Shown here: one piece after another, positions 30,367 through 40,855 of the stretch
How the letters are laid out: each line of letters begins with the position of its first letter
Position numbering within the stretch: position 1 is the first letter of the stretch
Assembly (NCBI GenBank): GCA_009693045.1
Contig: SHXZ01000002.1
Coordinates: forward strand, 22,816 to 86,815
DNA from: Dehalococcoidia bacterium
Lineage (GTDB): Bacteria; Chloroflexota; Dehalococcoidia; Lucifugimonadales; SHYT01
DNA: 64,000 bases
Direction of reading: 5' to 3'
Made by a program: the position numbers and the translations under genes
Notes under the pieces: generated by a model
What the model saw: the letters and a program-made list of their open reading frames with translations, nothing else
What the model was told of the DNA's origin: nothing
The model's database searches: none

Positions 30367-32004
30367 CTAATGCTCGTCCAGGTCGGCGCGGCGGATGCCC
30401 ATGTTCGTGGAGGACTTGGCGAACTCGTCTACGAACACGTTGACCAGCGCCGGTTTGCCCGAAGCGGCGGCCCGGTCCAGCGCCGGGCGGATCTGCTCCG
30501 GGCGCTCGACGAGCTCTCCGTGACCGCCCAGGGCTTCCATCATTTTGTCGTAGCGCTGGAAGCCCAGGCGCTTCTGCGGGTTGGCGGGCTTGTCGCCTGC
30601 GGTGAAGTTTGCGTTGTTGCTGACGACCCACAGCACGTTGAGCTTGTGGCGAATGGCCGTGTCAATCTCCATGCCGTGCCAGCCAAACGCGCCGTCGCCG
30701 GTGACGGCGATGACCTGTGCGTTCGGGTGCGCCGCCTGGGTCCCGATGGCGAAGGGCACACCCACGCCCATGTTGCCGTGCGTCCCCGAGTTCATGCGGT
30801 GGAATGGCATATAGGTGGGGATGGACTGGCGGGCGAAGTTGAGCGTCTCATGCCCGTCCACGATGAGGTAGGCGTCTCGCTGCATGAAGTCGCGGACCTC
30901 GCGCATGAGGCGGAGCGGGTGCATGGGTACCGTGTTGGAGTCCATCAGCACCGATTGCTGCTCGGAGTGCCTGGCGTCGCGGGCGGCGAGGGCGTCAATC
31001 CAGGGCGTTTTGGCAGAGGGGTTGAACCGGCCCTTCGCCGCCTCGGTGAGCTGGCCGAGCACCGCCTTGGCGTCGCCGATGATGCCGATCTCCACGGGGC
31101 CGTTATGGCCGATCTCCGATGGGTCCATGTTGACGACGATGAACTTGGCGTCCTTGTTCCAGCGCGGCGCCGTGAAGAAGCCGCTGATGACGTTGGACCG
31201 GGTGCCGACCACCAAGACCACGTCAGCCTCGTGGAAGGCCATGGAGCGCCCGCCGGGGAAGAAGCGCGCGTGGTCCTCAGGCACGACACCGCGGCCCTGC
31301 GGCGTCGTGTAGAACGGGATGCCCGTGGCGTTGACGAAGTCCTGCATCTCCTTGCTGCCCTGCGACCACATCACACCGCTGCCAGTAAACATCACGGGCT
31401 TCTGAGCCCTGGATAGCAGGTCAATGGCCTTCTTAACGAGGGCAGGGTCGCCGTAGGCTCGGGATTCGGTGCGATAGTTGGATGGCCAAGCCACTTGCCT
31501 CTCATCCACCTTGGTGCCGATCACGTCACTGGGCATGTCAATGTACACCGCTCCGTGAGGAGGCGTGAGCGCTTCCCGGAAGGCGATGCTCACCAATTCG
31601 GGCACCTTATCGACATAGTTAACCTGTGTTGCCCACTTGGTAGCCGGCTTCATCAGGGCCACCTGGTCCATCTCCTGAAAGGTCTCGCTGTGCCGCTCGT
31701 GGTGGTTGGACGAGGCGCCGAAGTTGATGACCGGGCACGCGTCCGCGGTCGCATTGGCGAGCGCCGAGACGACGTTGGCCGTGCCCGGCCCATGCGAGGA
31801 GAGGACGAGGCCCGGCTTGCCCGTGGCGCGGGCGTAGCCGTGGGCCATGATCCCCGCCGAGGTCTCGTTGCGAACCAGGATGCCTTTCATGCCCAGGGCC
31901 AGGCAGTCTGCGACGATGGGCGCCGAGAGCAGGTAGAAGAACGTATCCACGCCCTCCTTCTGCAAAGCCTTGGCCGCCAAGTAGGCTCCGGTAACTTCTG
32001 CCAT
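30367..32004 (-). CDS. ThDP-dependent enzyme, HACL/oxalyl-CoA decarboxylase-like (1)
   Basis: RNE, GPG, FQEMD, GNMGVG, GDGAFG...NN ThDP motif. Confidence 0.85.
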   Translation of the reverse strand: MAEVTGAYLAAKALQKEGVDTFFYLLSAPIVADCLALGMKGILVRNETSAGIMAHGYARATGKPGLVLSSHGPGTANVVSALANATADACPVINFGASSNHHERHSETFQEMDQVALMKPATKWATQVNYVDKVPELVSIAFREALTPPHGAVYIDMPSDVIGTKVDERQVAWPSNYRTESRAYGDPALVKKAIDLLSRAQKPVMFTGSGVMWSQGSKEMQDFVNATGIPFYTTPQGRGVVPEDHARFFPGGRSMAFHEADVVLVVGTRSNVISGFFTAPRWNKDAKFIVVNMDPSEIGHNGPVEIGIIGDAKAVLGQLTEAAKGRFNPSAKTPWIDALAARDARHSEQQSVLMDSNTVPMHPLRLMREVRDFMQRDAYLIVDGHETLNFARQSIPTYMPFHRMNSGTHGNMGVGVPFAIGTQAAHPNAQVIAVTGDGAFGWHGMEIDTAIRHKLNVLWVVSNNANFTAGDKPANPQKRLGFQRYDKMMEALGGHGELVERPEQIRPALDRAAASGKPALVNVFVDEFAKSSTNMGIRRADLDEH

Positions 32005-32096
32005 GGGTCTCTCCCTCCTTGAGTGAAAGCCTCGGGAACGAGATTCTCGCCCCCGGCCTGCCCCGACCTTGTCGGAGGTGGTCACTTTGCCGCCTG

Positions 32097-33311
32097 CTAA
32101 AACACTCCCTTCTTGTGCAGCGCCTCTATCTGATCATGCTTGTAGCCAAGTTCCGAGAGCACTTCCTGGGTATGTTCGCCCAGATGGGGCGCGGGCCTGA
32201 CGCCGATGTCGGCCGGCGTCTCGCTGTACTGGATGGGGTGGCCGGTCTCCTTCACGCGCCCCAGAGTGGGGTGCTCCATTTCAACGATGTACTGATTGGA
32301 GAGGATCTGCTCGTCGGTATCCAACTCGTTCAGCCTCATCACGGGAGCGTAAATTAGGTCCTCTTTGATCAAGATAGGGGCCCATTCGTCGGCGGTCTTG
32401 GTCGCAAAGACCTTGTCGAACATGAGCACGAGATCTCGGGAGTGCTCAGTTCGAGCCGCATTGGTGGCGAAGCGCGGGTCTTCAATCAAGGTCTCCAGGC
32501 CAAGGGCTCGGCAGAAGCCGGGCCAGTAACGATCGGGTTGGGTAAAGACGAACTGGAGCCACCGCCCGTCCTTGCACAGGTAGGAATTGCTCATAGGACT
32601 TCCGGGATTCGTTCGCTCGCCGGGCGACGTCCAGGACTTCCCAAGCAGCCCGTTGTTCAAGATTGTGCCCTGGAGCCAGACCATTCCGCCCAGGTGCGAC
32701 ACGTCAACTTTTTGGCCAATTCCGTGAATGGATCGGGCCACCAGGGCGCCAAGGATGCCCATAAACAGCTGCGTTCCGCCCATCTGGTCAGCAATGCCGC
32801 CGCCGACCTGGCGCGGAGCGTTGCCTTCCGTGACCGTCTGGAACATCATACCGCTGTAGGCTTGCCCCACGGTGTCGTATCCAGGCAGGTCGGCCATCGG
32901 GCCATTGGGCCCAAAGGCGCTCCCGGAAGCGTAGATGAGCGTGGGGTTGTGCTTCTTGAGGACTTCATAGCCCATGCCCAGCCGCTCGGCCACTCCTTTA
33001 CGGAAGTTCTGCATGAAGACGTCCGAGCGTTCCACGAGTTTGTACATCACCTCGCGGGACTCGGGTTTCGTCAGGTCCAGGACGATGCCGCGCTTGTTGC
33101 GGTTGCCGTTTTCAAAATAGGCGGTGTGTCCTATCGGCAGGGCTGACCTGCCACGTCCAACGCCCAGTGTACGTCCCGGATCACCTGCGGGCGCCTCAAT
33201 TTTGATGACGTCCGCCCCCATGTCGGCCAGCATGGCCCCACCGACCGGGCCGAACTGGTAGACCGTCCAGTCAATGACCTTGATCCCCTCAAGCAGCTTC
33301 TTGGTCATCAT
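32097..33311 (-). CDS. CaiB/BaiF family III CoA-transferase (1)
   Basis: LADMGADVIKIE, NRNKRG, NFR, IADQMGG catalytic Asp, APHLGEHT. Confidence 0.9.
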   Translation of the reverse strand: MMTKKLLEGIKVIDWTVYQFGPVGGAMLADMGADVIKIEAPAGDPGRTLGVGRGRSALPIGHTAYFENGNRNKRGIVLDLTKPESREVMYKLVERSDVFMQNFRKGVAERLGMGYEVLKKHNPTLIYASGSAFGPNGPMADLPGYDTVGQAYSGMMFQTVTEGNAPRQVGGGIADQMGGTQLFMGILGALVARSIHGIGQKVDVSHLGGMVWLQGTILNNGLLGKSWTSPGERTNPGSPMSNSYLCKDGRWLQFVFTQPDRYWPGFCRALGLETLIEDPRFATNAARTEHSRDLVLMFDKVFATKTADEWAPILIKEDLIYAPVMRLNELDTDEQILSNQYIVEMEHPTLGRVKETGHPIQYSETPADIGVRPAPHLGEHTQEVLSELGYKHDQIEALHKKGVF

Positions 33312-33355
33312 GCCTCCTAACGAACCAGCATTTCATACGCTGGCTCGCCGTCGTG

Positions 33356-34333
33356 CTACTTTCGAATCTTGTCCGGATCTTGCATGCTCAACCACGCAAC
33401 ACCCAGACTGTACCAGAAGTCCCAAATGTGTGCAGCAGCGTTCATCTCGGACGCTTGGACCAGGTCCCACGGCCAGACGTGGTTGAGGGGGAAGATGCCT
33501 ATGCCGCTCTGGGCGATGTTGCGAAGGAAATCAGGCAGGGGCGCGATTGTTATCACCTTGACCGTGTAGCGGTCAAGCGCCTCGGTGGACTTCATCTCCA
33601 CAAACGAGTCGCGGTAAACTGACTTCTCCTTCATGATGTCCAGGTACCACTTCACATCGTCGGCGGTGATTTCGCGGTTTTCGCGATTCATGGGCGGGAC
33701 CGCGGACCACAGGGCGCCCTTTCGAACATGCAGCAGGTAGGTCACCGGGTCCGGCTGCTCACAGCGCTGGATGATGCTTGGCATGATGGCCACAAAGGCA
33801 TTGAGCGCATACTCACCTTTGCAGACTGAGAAGTCGGCGTCCCGTCCCACCCAGCTGCACAGGCCCTGGTCGTAAGACAGGAGCCTTCCGTAGTGGTAGT
33901 TCCTGCGGGTGGCGATGGTGAGCGCGTTCAAGGTCGGGTCCGACGTGGCTGCTGCCGACGTGACCTCTCCTCTATACTTCGCCTTTGTCCAGAGCGGGAA
34001 CCGGTTTGGATGATACTTCAGCACGAGCTGAACGCTCTTCTCCTTTTGGATCGCAGCGGCGTCTATCTTCGGCCCGCCCGGCACTTGCCGCGTGGTGAAC
34101 ACGTCTGCGAATGCGAGCCCGCCTTGTAGCGTCGCCGCGGGCGTTGGAGAGGGCGCAGGCGCCGGTGCGGCGATGGGCGTTGGCGTGGACGGTGCGACAG
34201 GTGCCGGTGGAGTCGCGGGCGTGGCGGCAGGCGCCGTTGCCTCTTCGCTCTTCGCACACGCTAGAGTCAGCAGAAGTATCGCCAAAGCGCCAAAGACGAG
34301 GGACCAACGACGAGACACAAAACGCGCCACCAT
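33356..34333 (-). pseudogene. family-5 ABC solute-binding lipoprotein with ~300-codon in-frame internal deletion
   Basis: LTLAC lipobox; aligns with neighbours up to GIGIFP then jumps to NHVWPWD; substitutions at otherwise conserved W/P/G. Confidence 0.7.
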
Positions 34334-34474
34334 GCCTTCCGCCTCTTTCCGCACAGGAGCGTCAAAACGTCCTTCCGGCTTCTCCTCGTGTCACGCTGCT
34401 ATGGCCCACCGGGTTTCAGAACGCCCCGTGCCCTATACCCGAACCCGAGCCACGGTTTGTCGCAGTGTGGTTTG

Positions 34475-34502
34475 GTAGGGGCGCAGCATGCTGCGCCCCT
34501 AC
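34475..34502. repeat. GTAG-type REP palindrome
   Basis: gtaggggcgcagcatgctgcgcccctac; relatives at 23235, 36781, 43518, 43607, 56210. Confidence 0.75.
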
Positions 34503-34519
34503 CAACGTTTCCTTTGGCG

Positions 34520-36454
34520 CTACCTCTTTACCTTGTCCGGGTTCACCATGGTCAGCCACGCCACGCCAAGGCTGTAGTAGAAGTCCCATGCGTGCGCAGC
34601 GCCGTTCATCTCCCACGCGTGCATGTGGTCGTAGGGGAAGTGCTGATTAATGCGGAGCCAGTAGATCTGGTCCATCTCTCGCTGCTCGGCCGCCCAGATG
34701 AACGCCAAGCGCTTGGCCGGGTCCAGTTCACGCCGTGCTTTAAGGAACAGGTCTTCAAAGATCGGGTCATCAATGTTCTGGAAGTTGAACGGGCTGCCCT
34801 TCAACTGGGGTAAGAAGCCAGTGCCTCCGTCGGTCCATGAGCCGACAAACGTGCCAGAGTACAGGCCCTCCCACTTCTTTTCCTGGCGAAGTACCGTGTT
34901 AGTTAGGGCATCCACTACCTGGATGGTCATGTCCACGTTTATACTCTTCAACATGGACTGGACACCCAGAATTTGTTCGTAGATTATCCCGCTCGCGCTG
35001 GAGGTGGTCATCTTGGTGCTGAAGCCGTTAGGATAGCCCGCTTCGGCCAAGAGCTTCTTCGCCCGCTCCGGGTTGTACTTGTACCAGTCGGAGGCGTTGT
35101 CCAGGGTCAAGTAGAAGGACTTGCCGAAGCCAAACAGGTCACGCCCAAACTCCGTGGGCAGGACGCCGTTGCCAGTGCCTGTTAAGTCCCAGATTCCCTT
35201 GACGTCAATAGCCAGCATAAGCGCACGACGCACGCGGACATCGGCCAACGGCCCTTCCAGCTTCGGGCGATAGCCCATAGGGCCCGCCGCGTTGTACTGG
35301 AGATGGATCTGGTCACCAGGCACCCTCGCGGCTACCGACGCGGACTCGTTCTTATCGTACGTCCGATATTGAGTGACCTGTCCGGTGATAAAGGCTGCCT
35401 TCTGGGAGGTTGGGTCTACAATTTGCAAGATCGTCCACCGGTCCACGTACGGGAGTCCTCGCAGGAAGAACTCAGGGTTCTTTTCGTACACCAGCTTTTG
35501 GCGCGGCAAATAATCCTTGACGAGCCAAGGGCCGGGGGTGATCAGCTTTTTCCCCAGGCAGTCCTTTTCGTCGTAGCATTCTTTGGGGAAGATCCCGATG
35601 CCGCTTTGTGCGAGGTTGCGCAAGAAATCCGGCAGAGGCGCCTCCAGGTTCATCTTGAAGGTATACCGGTCCAGGGCCTCCGTGGACTTCACGTCTACGA
35701 AGGAGTCTTTGTAGACCCCCTCCGCCTTCTGGATGTCAATGTACCATTTGATGTCGTCAGCCGTTACCTCGCGGTCTGTTCGGGCCATGGGAGGAACGGC
35801 GGGCCAGAGCACGCCCTTCCTCACCTGGAAAACAAACGTAAGTGGGTCAGGCTGCTGCCAGCTCTGTAAGATGCCCGGCACAATCAACACGGCGTCGTTC
35901 ACCGCGTACTGCCCCTTGCAGGTGGAGAAGTCGGCGTCGCGCCCCACCCAAGTGCACAGGCCGTGGTCGTAGTACAGGAGCCTGCCATAGTGCGAGTTTC
36001 TGCGGGCCCCGATTTTGAGGGGGTTTGTGGTTGGATCTACCAGTCCCCCGGTGACGGTTCCCACAAAAGTCACATCGCCACCATATTTGGCTTTGGTCCA
36101 TAGGGGGAGCCGATTCTGGTGGTATTTCAGCAGTTCTTGCAGGCCCTTCTCCTTTTGTACCGCCGCAGGGTCAAGTCGAGGCCCGCCAGGCACCTGCGTA
36201 GTCGAGAACAGGTTAGCAAATGTGATCCCCGCCTCGGCATTCTCAGCAGAGGTGGGCGCAGGGGTCGTACCAGTGGGCGAGGATGGGGCAGTGGCGGGTG
36301 CCGGCGTGGCTAGAGCTTCTGAGGGGGTAGCCCCCGGCGCCGGAGACGCACCCTCTGGCGCCTTTGCACCCGAGGCGCACGACACCACGAGGATTGTAGC
36401 AAGCATCAAGCCCACAAGGAAAAGCACGCGGCCCCGTAGCAAAGAAACCACCAT
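34520..36454 (-). CDS. family-5 (peptide/nickel-type) ABC solute-binding lipoprotein
   Basis: VVSC lipobox, P/A/T linker, TADDIK, TPGPW, DVRVRRAL, YNPERAKKLLAEAGY. Confidence 0.88.
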   Translation of the reverse strand: MVVSLLRGRVLFLVGLMLATILVVSCASGAKAPEGASPAPGATPSEALATPAPATAPSSPTGTTPAPTSAENAEAGITFANLFSTTQVPGGPRLDPAAVQKEKGLQELLKYHQNRLPLWTKAKYGGDVTFVGTVTGGLVDPTTNPLKIGARRNSHYGRLLYYDHGLCTWVGRDADFSTCKGQYAVNDAVLIVPGILQSWQQPDPLTFVFQVRKGVLWPAVPPMARTDREVTADDIKWYIDIQKAEGVYKDSFVDVKSTEALDRYTFKMNLEAPLPDFLRNLAQSGIGIFPKECYDEKDCLGKKLITPGPWLVKDYLPRQKLVYEKNPEFFLRGLPYVDRWTILQIVDPTSQKAAFITGQVTQYRTYDKNESASVAARVPGDQIHLQYNAAGPMGYRPKLEGPLADVRVRRALMLAIDVKGIWDLTGTGNGVLPTEFGRDLFGFGKSFYLTLDNASDWYKYNPERAKKLLAEAGYPNGFSTKMTTSSASGIIYEQILGVQSMLKSINVDMTIQVVDALTNTVLRQEKKWEGLYSGTFVGSWTDGGTGFLPQLKGSPFNFQNIDDPIFEDLFLKARRELDPAKRLAFIWAAEQREMDQIYWLRINQHFPYDHMHAWEMNGAAHAWDFYYSLGVAWLTMVNPDKVKR

Positions 36455-36483
36455 CCCATACCTCCTAGATTACGTACGGCCTC

Positions 36484-36512
36484 ATTATTTTTGCGCAGTT
36501 TCGCGGCGTCAA
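36484..36512 (-). promoter_or_regulatory. putative sigma70 promoter for SBP gene
   Basis: TTGACG-17nt-AATAAT. Confidence 0.5.
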
Positions 36513-36826
36513 TACCATTAGGCTGCGAATTCAGCTAAGCCCTCTTGCTCGTCGCAGCCATCAGCAGACCGAACGTTGAAAGCGGCCAGACCGCCGTCGG
36601 ACTTGGAGCCCTTCCTGGCCACCGTCCGGCCCCTGACCGTACTACCTCTTGGCCTTGTCCGGTCAGGAGTTCAAAGCGCCCTTCTGGCTTCTGCCCTGGT
36701 CGCGCTGCTGTAGCCCACCAGGTCCGAGGAGGCCGAGTACCCCATTACGCGAGTGTATGTGGCTGGTTGCAGTATATGTTGATAGGGGCGCAGCACGCCG
36801 CGTCCCTATCAACATATACTTAGGTG

Positions 36827-38761
36827 CTACCTCTTGACCTTGGCCGGGTCCTGCATGGTCATCCACATCACGCCCAGGCTGTAGTAGAAGTCCCAGGCGT
36901 GCGTAGCGCCGTTCATCTCGGATGCTTGCCACTCATCCCAAGGCCACACGTGGTTGATCCGGATGATGTACACCTGGTCCATCTCGCGCTGCTCCGTCTG
37001 CCAGAGAAGAGCGGCGCGCTTCACCGGGTCCATCTCCACGCGGGCCTTTGCGAACAGGTCGTTGATGACCGCATCGTCAATGTTCTGGTAATTGAACGGA
37101 CTACCCTTCAGGTAGTTAAGAAACCCCGTGTTTCCATCGGACCAGGTACCCGCGCCAAAATTCGCGATGAACCCATCCCATTTCTTTGCGGTCAAAGCGG
37201 AGGCAAGCGAGACGGTGTCAACTACCTTGATGTCCAGGTCCACGCCAAGGTTCTTCTTCCACATGGACTGGATGGCGATCAGCATGTCATAGCCCTGACC
37301 ATTGGAGCTTGAGGTAGTCATGCTGACCTTGAAACCGTTGGGATATCCGGCGTCGGAGAGCATCTTCTTGCCCCGGGTCGGGTCGTACTGGTACCACTCG
37401 CTGGCGTTGTCCAGTGAGAGGAACACCGACTTCCCGGGGCCGTACAGGTCGCGGCCAAACTCGGTCGGAAGCATCCCCAACCCCGCGCTGGACAGCTCCC
37501 ACACCCCTCTGAGGTCCATGCCAAGCGTCAGAGCGCGCCGCACGTTAACCTCGGCCAGCGGCCCTTCCAGCTTGGCTTTTAGTGCGTAGCCTGAGGCGGC
37601 CGAGACCTGGAGCGTGAGCACGGCCCCGGGCAGTTGTTTCACCGAGCTCTCTGCATCCGCCGGGTCATAGGTTCGGTAGGCCATAACCTGGCCGGTGACG
37701 AACGCGGCCTTGAGCGCGGAAGGGTCGGTCATGTTCAGCCAGGTCCACCGGTCAACGTAGGGCAGGCCCTTGAGGAAGAACTCGGGGTTCTTCTCCAAGA
37801 CGGCCCGCTGGCGCACCGTGTACTCCTTCAGCAGCCAGGCGCCGGGGGTGATCAGTTTGGCGCCCATGCAGTCCTTGCCTGCATCGTAGCACTCCTTGGG
37901 GAAGAGCCCCACGCCGCTCTGGGCGATGCTGCGAAGGAAGTCGGGCAGGGGGACTGCGGTGACTATTCTGACGGTGTACCGGTCCAGCGCCTCGGTGGAC
38001 TTCATGTCAACGAAGGAATCCTTGAGCAGGCCCTCCTGCTTGACGATGTCCAAGTACCATTTCACGTCATCAGCGGTGACCTCGCGGTCTGGCCGGATGA
38101 CCGGTGGGATGGCGGGCCACAGCGCGCCCTTGCGGAGGTGGAAGACGTACGTCACTGGGTCGGGTTGCTCCCACTTCTCAAAAAGGCCGGGCACAATGAG
38201 CACACCGGTGTTGACCGCGTATTGACCGTTGCACTTGGAGAAGTCTTCGCGTCCGACCCAGCTGCACAGCCCCTGGTCGTAATAGAGCAGGCGGCCATAG
38301 TAGTGATTTCGGCGTGAGCTCGCTTTAAGCGGGTCCAGGATGGGGTTAGAAAGAGTACCTCCCAAAGTGGTGGCGGCGACCACCTCACCCCCATATTTGG
38401 CCCGGGTCCACAGGGTCTGGGTGTTGACGGAGTTCTTGATGAGCGCCTGGACGCTTTTATCTTTGAGCAGCTTGTCTACGGGAATCTTTGGCCCGCCCAC
38501 AAGCTCCTTCGTGGCGAACAGATCGCCGAATTGAACGCCGCCGACGGAGACCGCGGTGGCGGTGGGCGCCGGGGCCGCGGGCACCGCCGATGAAGGTGCT
38601 GTGGGCGCTGGTGCGGCGGGAGTGGTGGTCGCGGTCGGCGCTGCGGGCGCAGTTTGCGTGGGCGCCGCCGTCTCGCTCTTGGCGCAGGCCATTGCGAGGA
38701 TGAGGATGGTGAGGATTCCAAGCATGACGAACGGTGATCGGAGTGTGCGCAGGCCAGTCAT
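36827..38761 (-). CDS. family-5 ABC solute-binding lipoprotein
   Basis: AGGAGGT then ATG at 38761; LAMAC lipobox; close paralog of 34520-36454. Confidence 0.88.
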   Translation of the reverse strand: MTGLRTLRSPFVMLGILTILILAMACAKSETAAPTQTAPAAPTATTTPAAPAPTAPSSAVPAAPAPTATAVSVGGVQFGDLFATKELVGGPKIPVDKLLKDKSVQALIKNSVNTQTLWTRAKYGGEVVAATTLGGTLSNPILDPLKASSRRNHYYGRLLYYDQGLCSWVGREDFSKCNGQYAVNTGVLIVPGLFEKWEQPDPVTYVFHLRKGALWPAIPPVIRPDREVTADDVKWYLDIVKQEGLLKDSFVDMKSTEALDRYTVRIVTAVPLPDFLRSIAQSGVGLFPKECYDAGKDCMGAKLITPGAWLLKEYTVRQRAVLEKNPEFFLKGLPYVDRWTWLNMTDPSALKAAFVTGQVMAYRTYDPADAESSVKQLPGAVLTLQVSAASGYALKAKLEGPLAEVNVRRALTLGMDLRGVWELSSAGLGMLPTEFGRDLYGPGKSVFLSLDNASEWYQYDPTRGKKMLSDAGYPNGFKVSMTTSSSNGQGYDMLIAIQSMWKKNLGVDLDIKVVDTVSLASALTAKKWDGFIANFGAGTWSDGNTGFLNYLKGSPFNYQNIDDAVINDLFAKARVEMDPVKRAALLWQTEQREMDQVYIIRINHVWPWDEWQASEMNGATHAWDFYYSLGVMWMTMQDPAKVKR

Positions 38762-38868
38762 AACTACCTCCTGTTGTTCTACTGGTGGGGCAGCGCAACG
38801 CGCTGCCCCACCAGTTCTGTGCTCGCTACAAAGTACGCGAGTTGGATGACCTTTGGTTTGGGGTGGCT

Positions 38869-40533
38869 CTAGTACTGCCTCGCCTGCCGCGAGCGGCCTC
38901 CCATCTGGCCGTAGGAGACGTTGGGGTCGGTGACCACGTCCAAGAGTGCGGCGGTGCCAGACTTGAAGGCCCGCTCCAGCGCTGGGCGGATTTCCGAAGG
39001 CTTCTCCACGCGCTCGCCGTATCCGCGGAACCCCTGCATCACCATGTCGTAGCGGGTCTCCTGGGACAGCATGGTGCCGATGGCGCGGCCGTAGCGCCGC
39101 TTGACGCCCTGCGTCGTCTGGTTCCACGCCCCGTTGTTGCTCAGGACGCCGACGACGGGCAGCTTGAATCGCACCATCGTCTCCATCTCCATGCCGTTGA
39201 GGCCGAACGCGCCGTCGCCAAAGACAATGGCGACCTGCTTGCCTGGCCGCGCTAGCTGCGCCGCAACGGCGAAGCCCGGCCCAGGCCCAAGGCAGCCGAA
39301 CTGTCCCGGGTCCAGCCAGTGGCCCGGCCGGTTGATGCGCAGGACGCGCGCGGCGAACGTGACAATGTCGCCGCCGTCGCCCACCACCGTCGCGTCCTCC
39401 TCCAGCACGTCCCGCATCTCCTTCATCAGGCGCATCGGGTGGATGGGCGTTTGGTCGCTGTTGAGGAACGGCTCGTCGGCCTGCTTCAGCGCTTTGTCCT
39501 CGGTCATGCACTCCTCAAGCCAGGCCTTGCCCGGCGACCGGTAGTTGGACCGGTGCAGGTCGTCCAGCGTCTGGCGAATGATCGCCTTCACGTCGCCGGA
39601 GATGCCGATGTCAATGTGGCGGTTCTTCCCGATCTGCTCGCCGTCAATCATGATCTGCACGACCTTGGCGTCCTTCGGGAACAGCACGTCCCGCCCATAG
39701 CTCAGGCGGAAGTCAACGGGCACGCCGATGAGGATGATGACGTCCGACTTGACCATGGCGTAGCGTCGACCCAGCGACCCAAGGTTTGGATGCTCGTTAG
39801 GGATGGCGCCGCGGCCCATGGAGTTGAGGAACACCGGCGCGTCAATCGTCTCCACGAACTCGCGCAGGTCATCCCATGCCTTGTTCCACCAGATGTCGCT
39901 GCCCGCAATGACCGTCGGATGCTTGGCGGTCTTGAGCAGCTCAACGAGCTGGTGGATGTACTCGGGATCGCCGTAGGCGCGCGCCTTGGTGCGGTAGCCG
40001 GTGGGTAGAACGAGCTGGTCCGCCTCAAGCTGCCCGTTCACGATGTCAATGGGCATCTCAAGATACGTTGGGCCCGGCGTTTCCGACGTGGCGTAGCGGA
40101 ACGCGGTGGCCACGAAGTCCGGCACGCGGCGCAGCTCCGGGATCTGCTGCGCCCACTTGGTTATGGGCCGCAGGAGGCCCACGCTGTCAAACTCCTGCAG
40201 GCCGCCCATGAGCGCCTCGCGGATGGCGGAGTTGCCGCCGACGAGGAGCATGGGGCTGGGGGCTTGGTACGCGTTGGCGACGGCGGTGACCGCGTCCGTG
40301 ACGCCGGGGCCAGCCGTGACGATTGCCACGCCCGGCTCGCCCGTCACCTTCGCCCACCCCTCCGCCGCGTGCGCCGCTGACTGCTCGTGCCGGAAGTCTA
40401 TGACCTGGATGCCCTCGTCTACGCACCCTTCGTACAGGTCATAGATGTGGCCGCCGTTGAGGGAGAAGACGTACTTGACGCCCTCCTGCTTGAGCGCCTT
40501 GCCAAAGACGTGACCGCCTGAGATGGTTGCCAT
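38869..40533 (-). CDS. ThDP-dependent enzyme, ILVBL/HACL-like (2)
   Basis: DFRHEQSA, TAGPGVTD, LQE, LDPGQFGCLG, GDGAFG...NN. Confidence 0.87.
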   Translation of the reverse strand: MATISGGHVFGKALKQEGVKYVFSLNGGHIYDLYEGCVDEGIQVIDFRHEQSAAHAAEGWAKVTGEPGVAIVTAGPGVTDAVTAVANAYQAPSPMLLVGGNSAIREALMGGLQEFDSVGLLRPITKWAQQIPELRRVPDFVATAFRYATSETPGPTYLEMPIDIVNGQLEADQLVLPTGYRTKARAYGDPEYIHQLVELLKTAKHPTVIAGSDIWWNKAWDDLREFVETIDAPVFLNSMGRGAIPNEHPNLGSLGRRYAMVKSDVIILIGVPVDFRLSYGRDVLFPKDAKVVQIMIDGEQIGKNRHIDIGISGDVKAIIRQTLDDLHRSNYRSPGKAWLEECMTEDKALKQADEPFLNSDQTPIHPMRLMKEMRDVLEEDATVVGDGGDIVTFAARVLRINRPGHWLDPGQFGCLGPGPGFAVAAQLARPGKQVAIVFGDGAFGLNGMEMETMVRFKLPVVGVLSNNGAWNQTTQGVKRRYGRAIGTMLSQETRYDMVMQGFRGYGERVEKPSEIRPALERAFKSGTAALLDVVTDPNVSYGQMGGRSRQARQY

Positions 40534-40855
40534 GCGACCTCCCGTACTGTGCGCTTCCGGCCTGTGACCGTAGACACCTCACCGCGGCTTCCGCGATATT
40601 GGGGGCGGCAAGATGCGTTAGAACTGTGCAACTCGGCTGGACGGAGACCCCCCTCAGCAGTTCCCAGCTGGGCTTAGCTCCTGCGCACCTCCTCAGCATG
40701 CCTTGCTGTGGTTCTTGGCCGGATGGCCTGTGGCCTTTTCGTCTTGTTCTAAGGTAGGCGGTGCGCTCGCCCGCGAGAGTGGTAGCGCCGGTGATTGGCG
40801 GGCAACACCTAGCAAGAACAATGAACGGCTCAACCATGCCCAGCCTCTCGGCCCC

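Noticed and set aside
36827-39511. 894-aa ORF suggesting a giant SBP fusion
   Set aside because: The first ~250 aa are an alternate frame of the ThDP enzyme; the real start is ATG 38761 with RBS and signal peptide.
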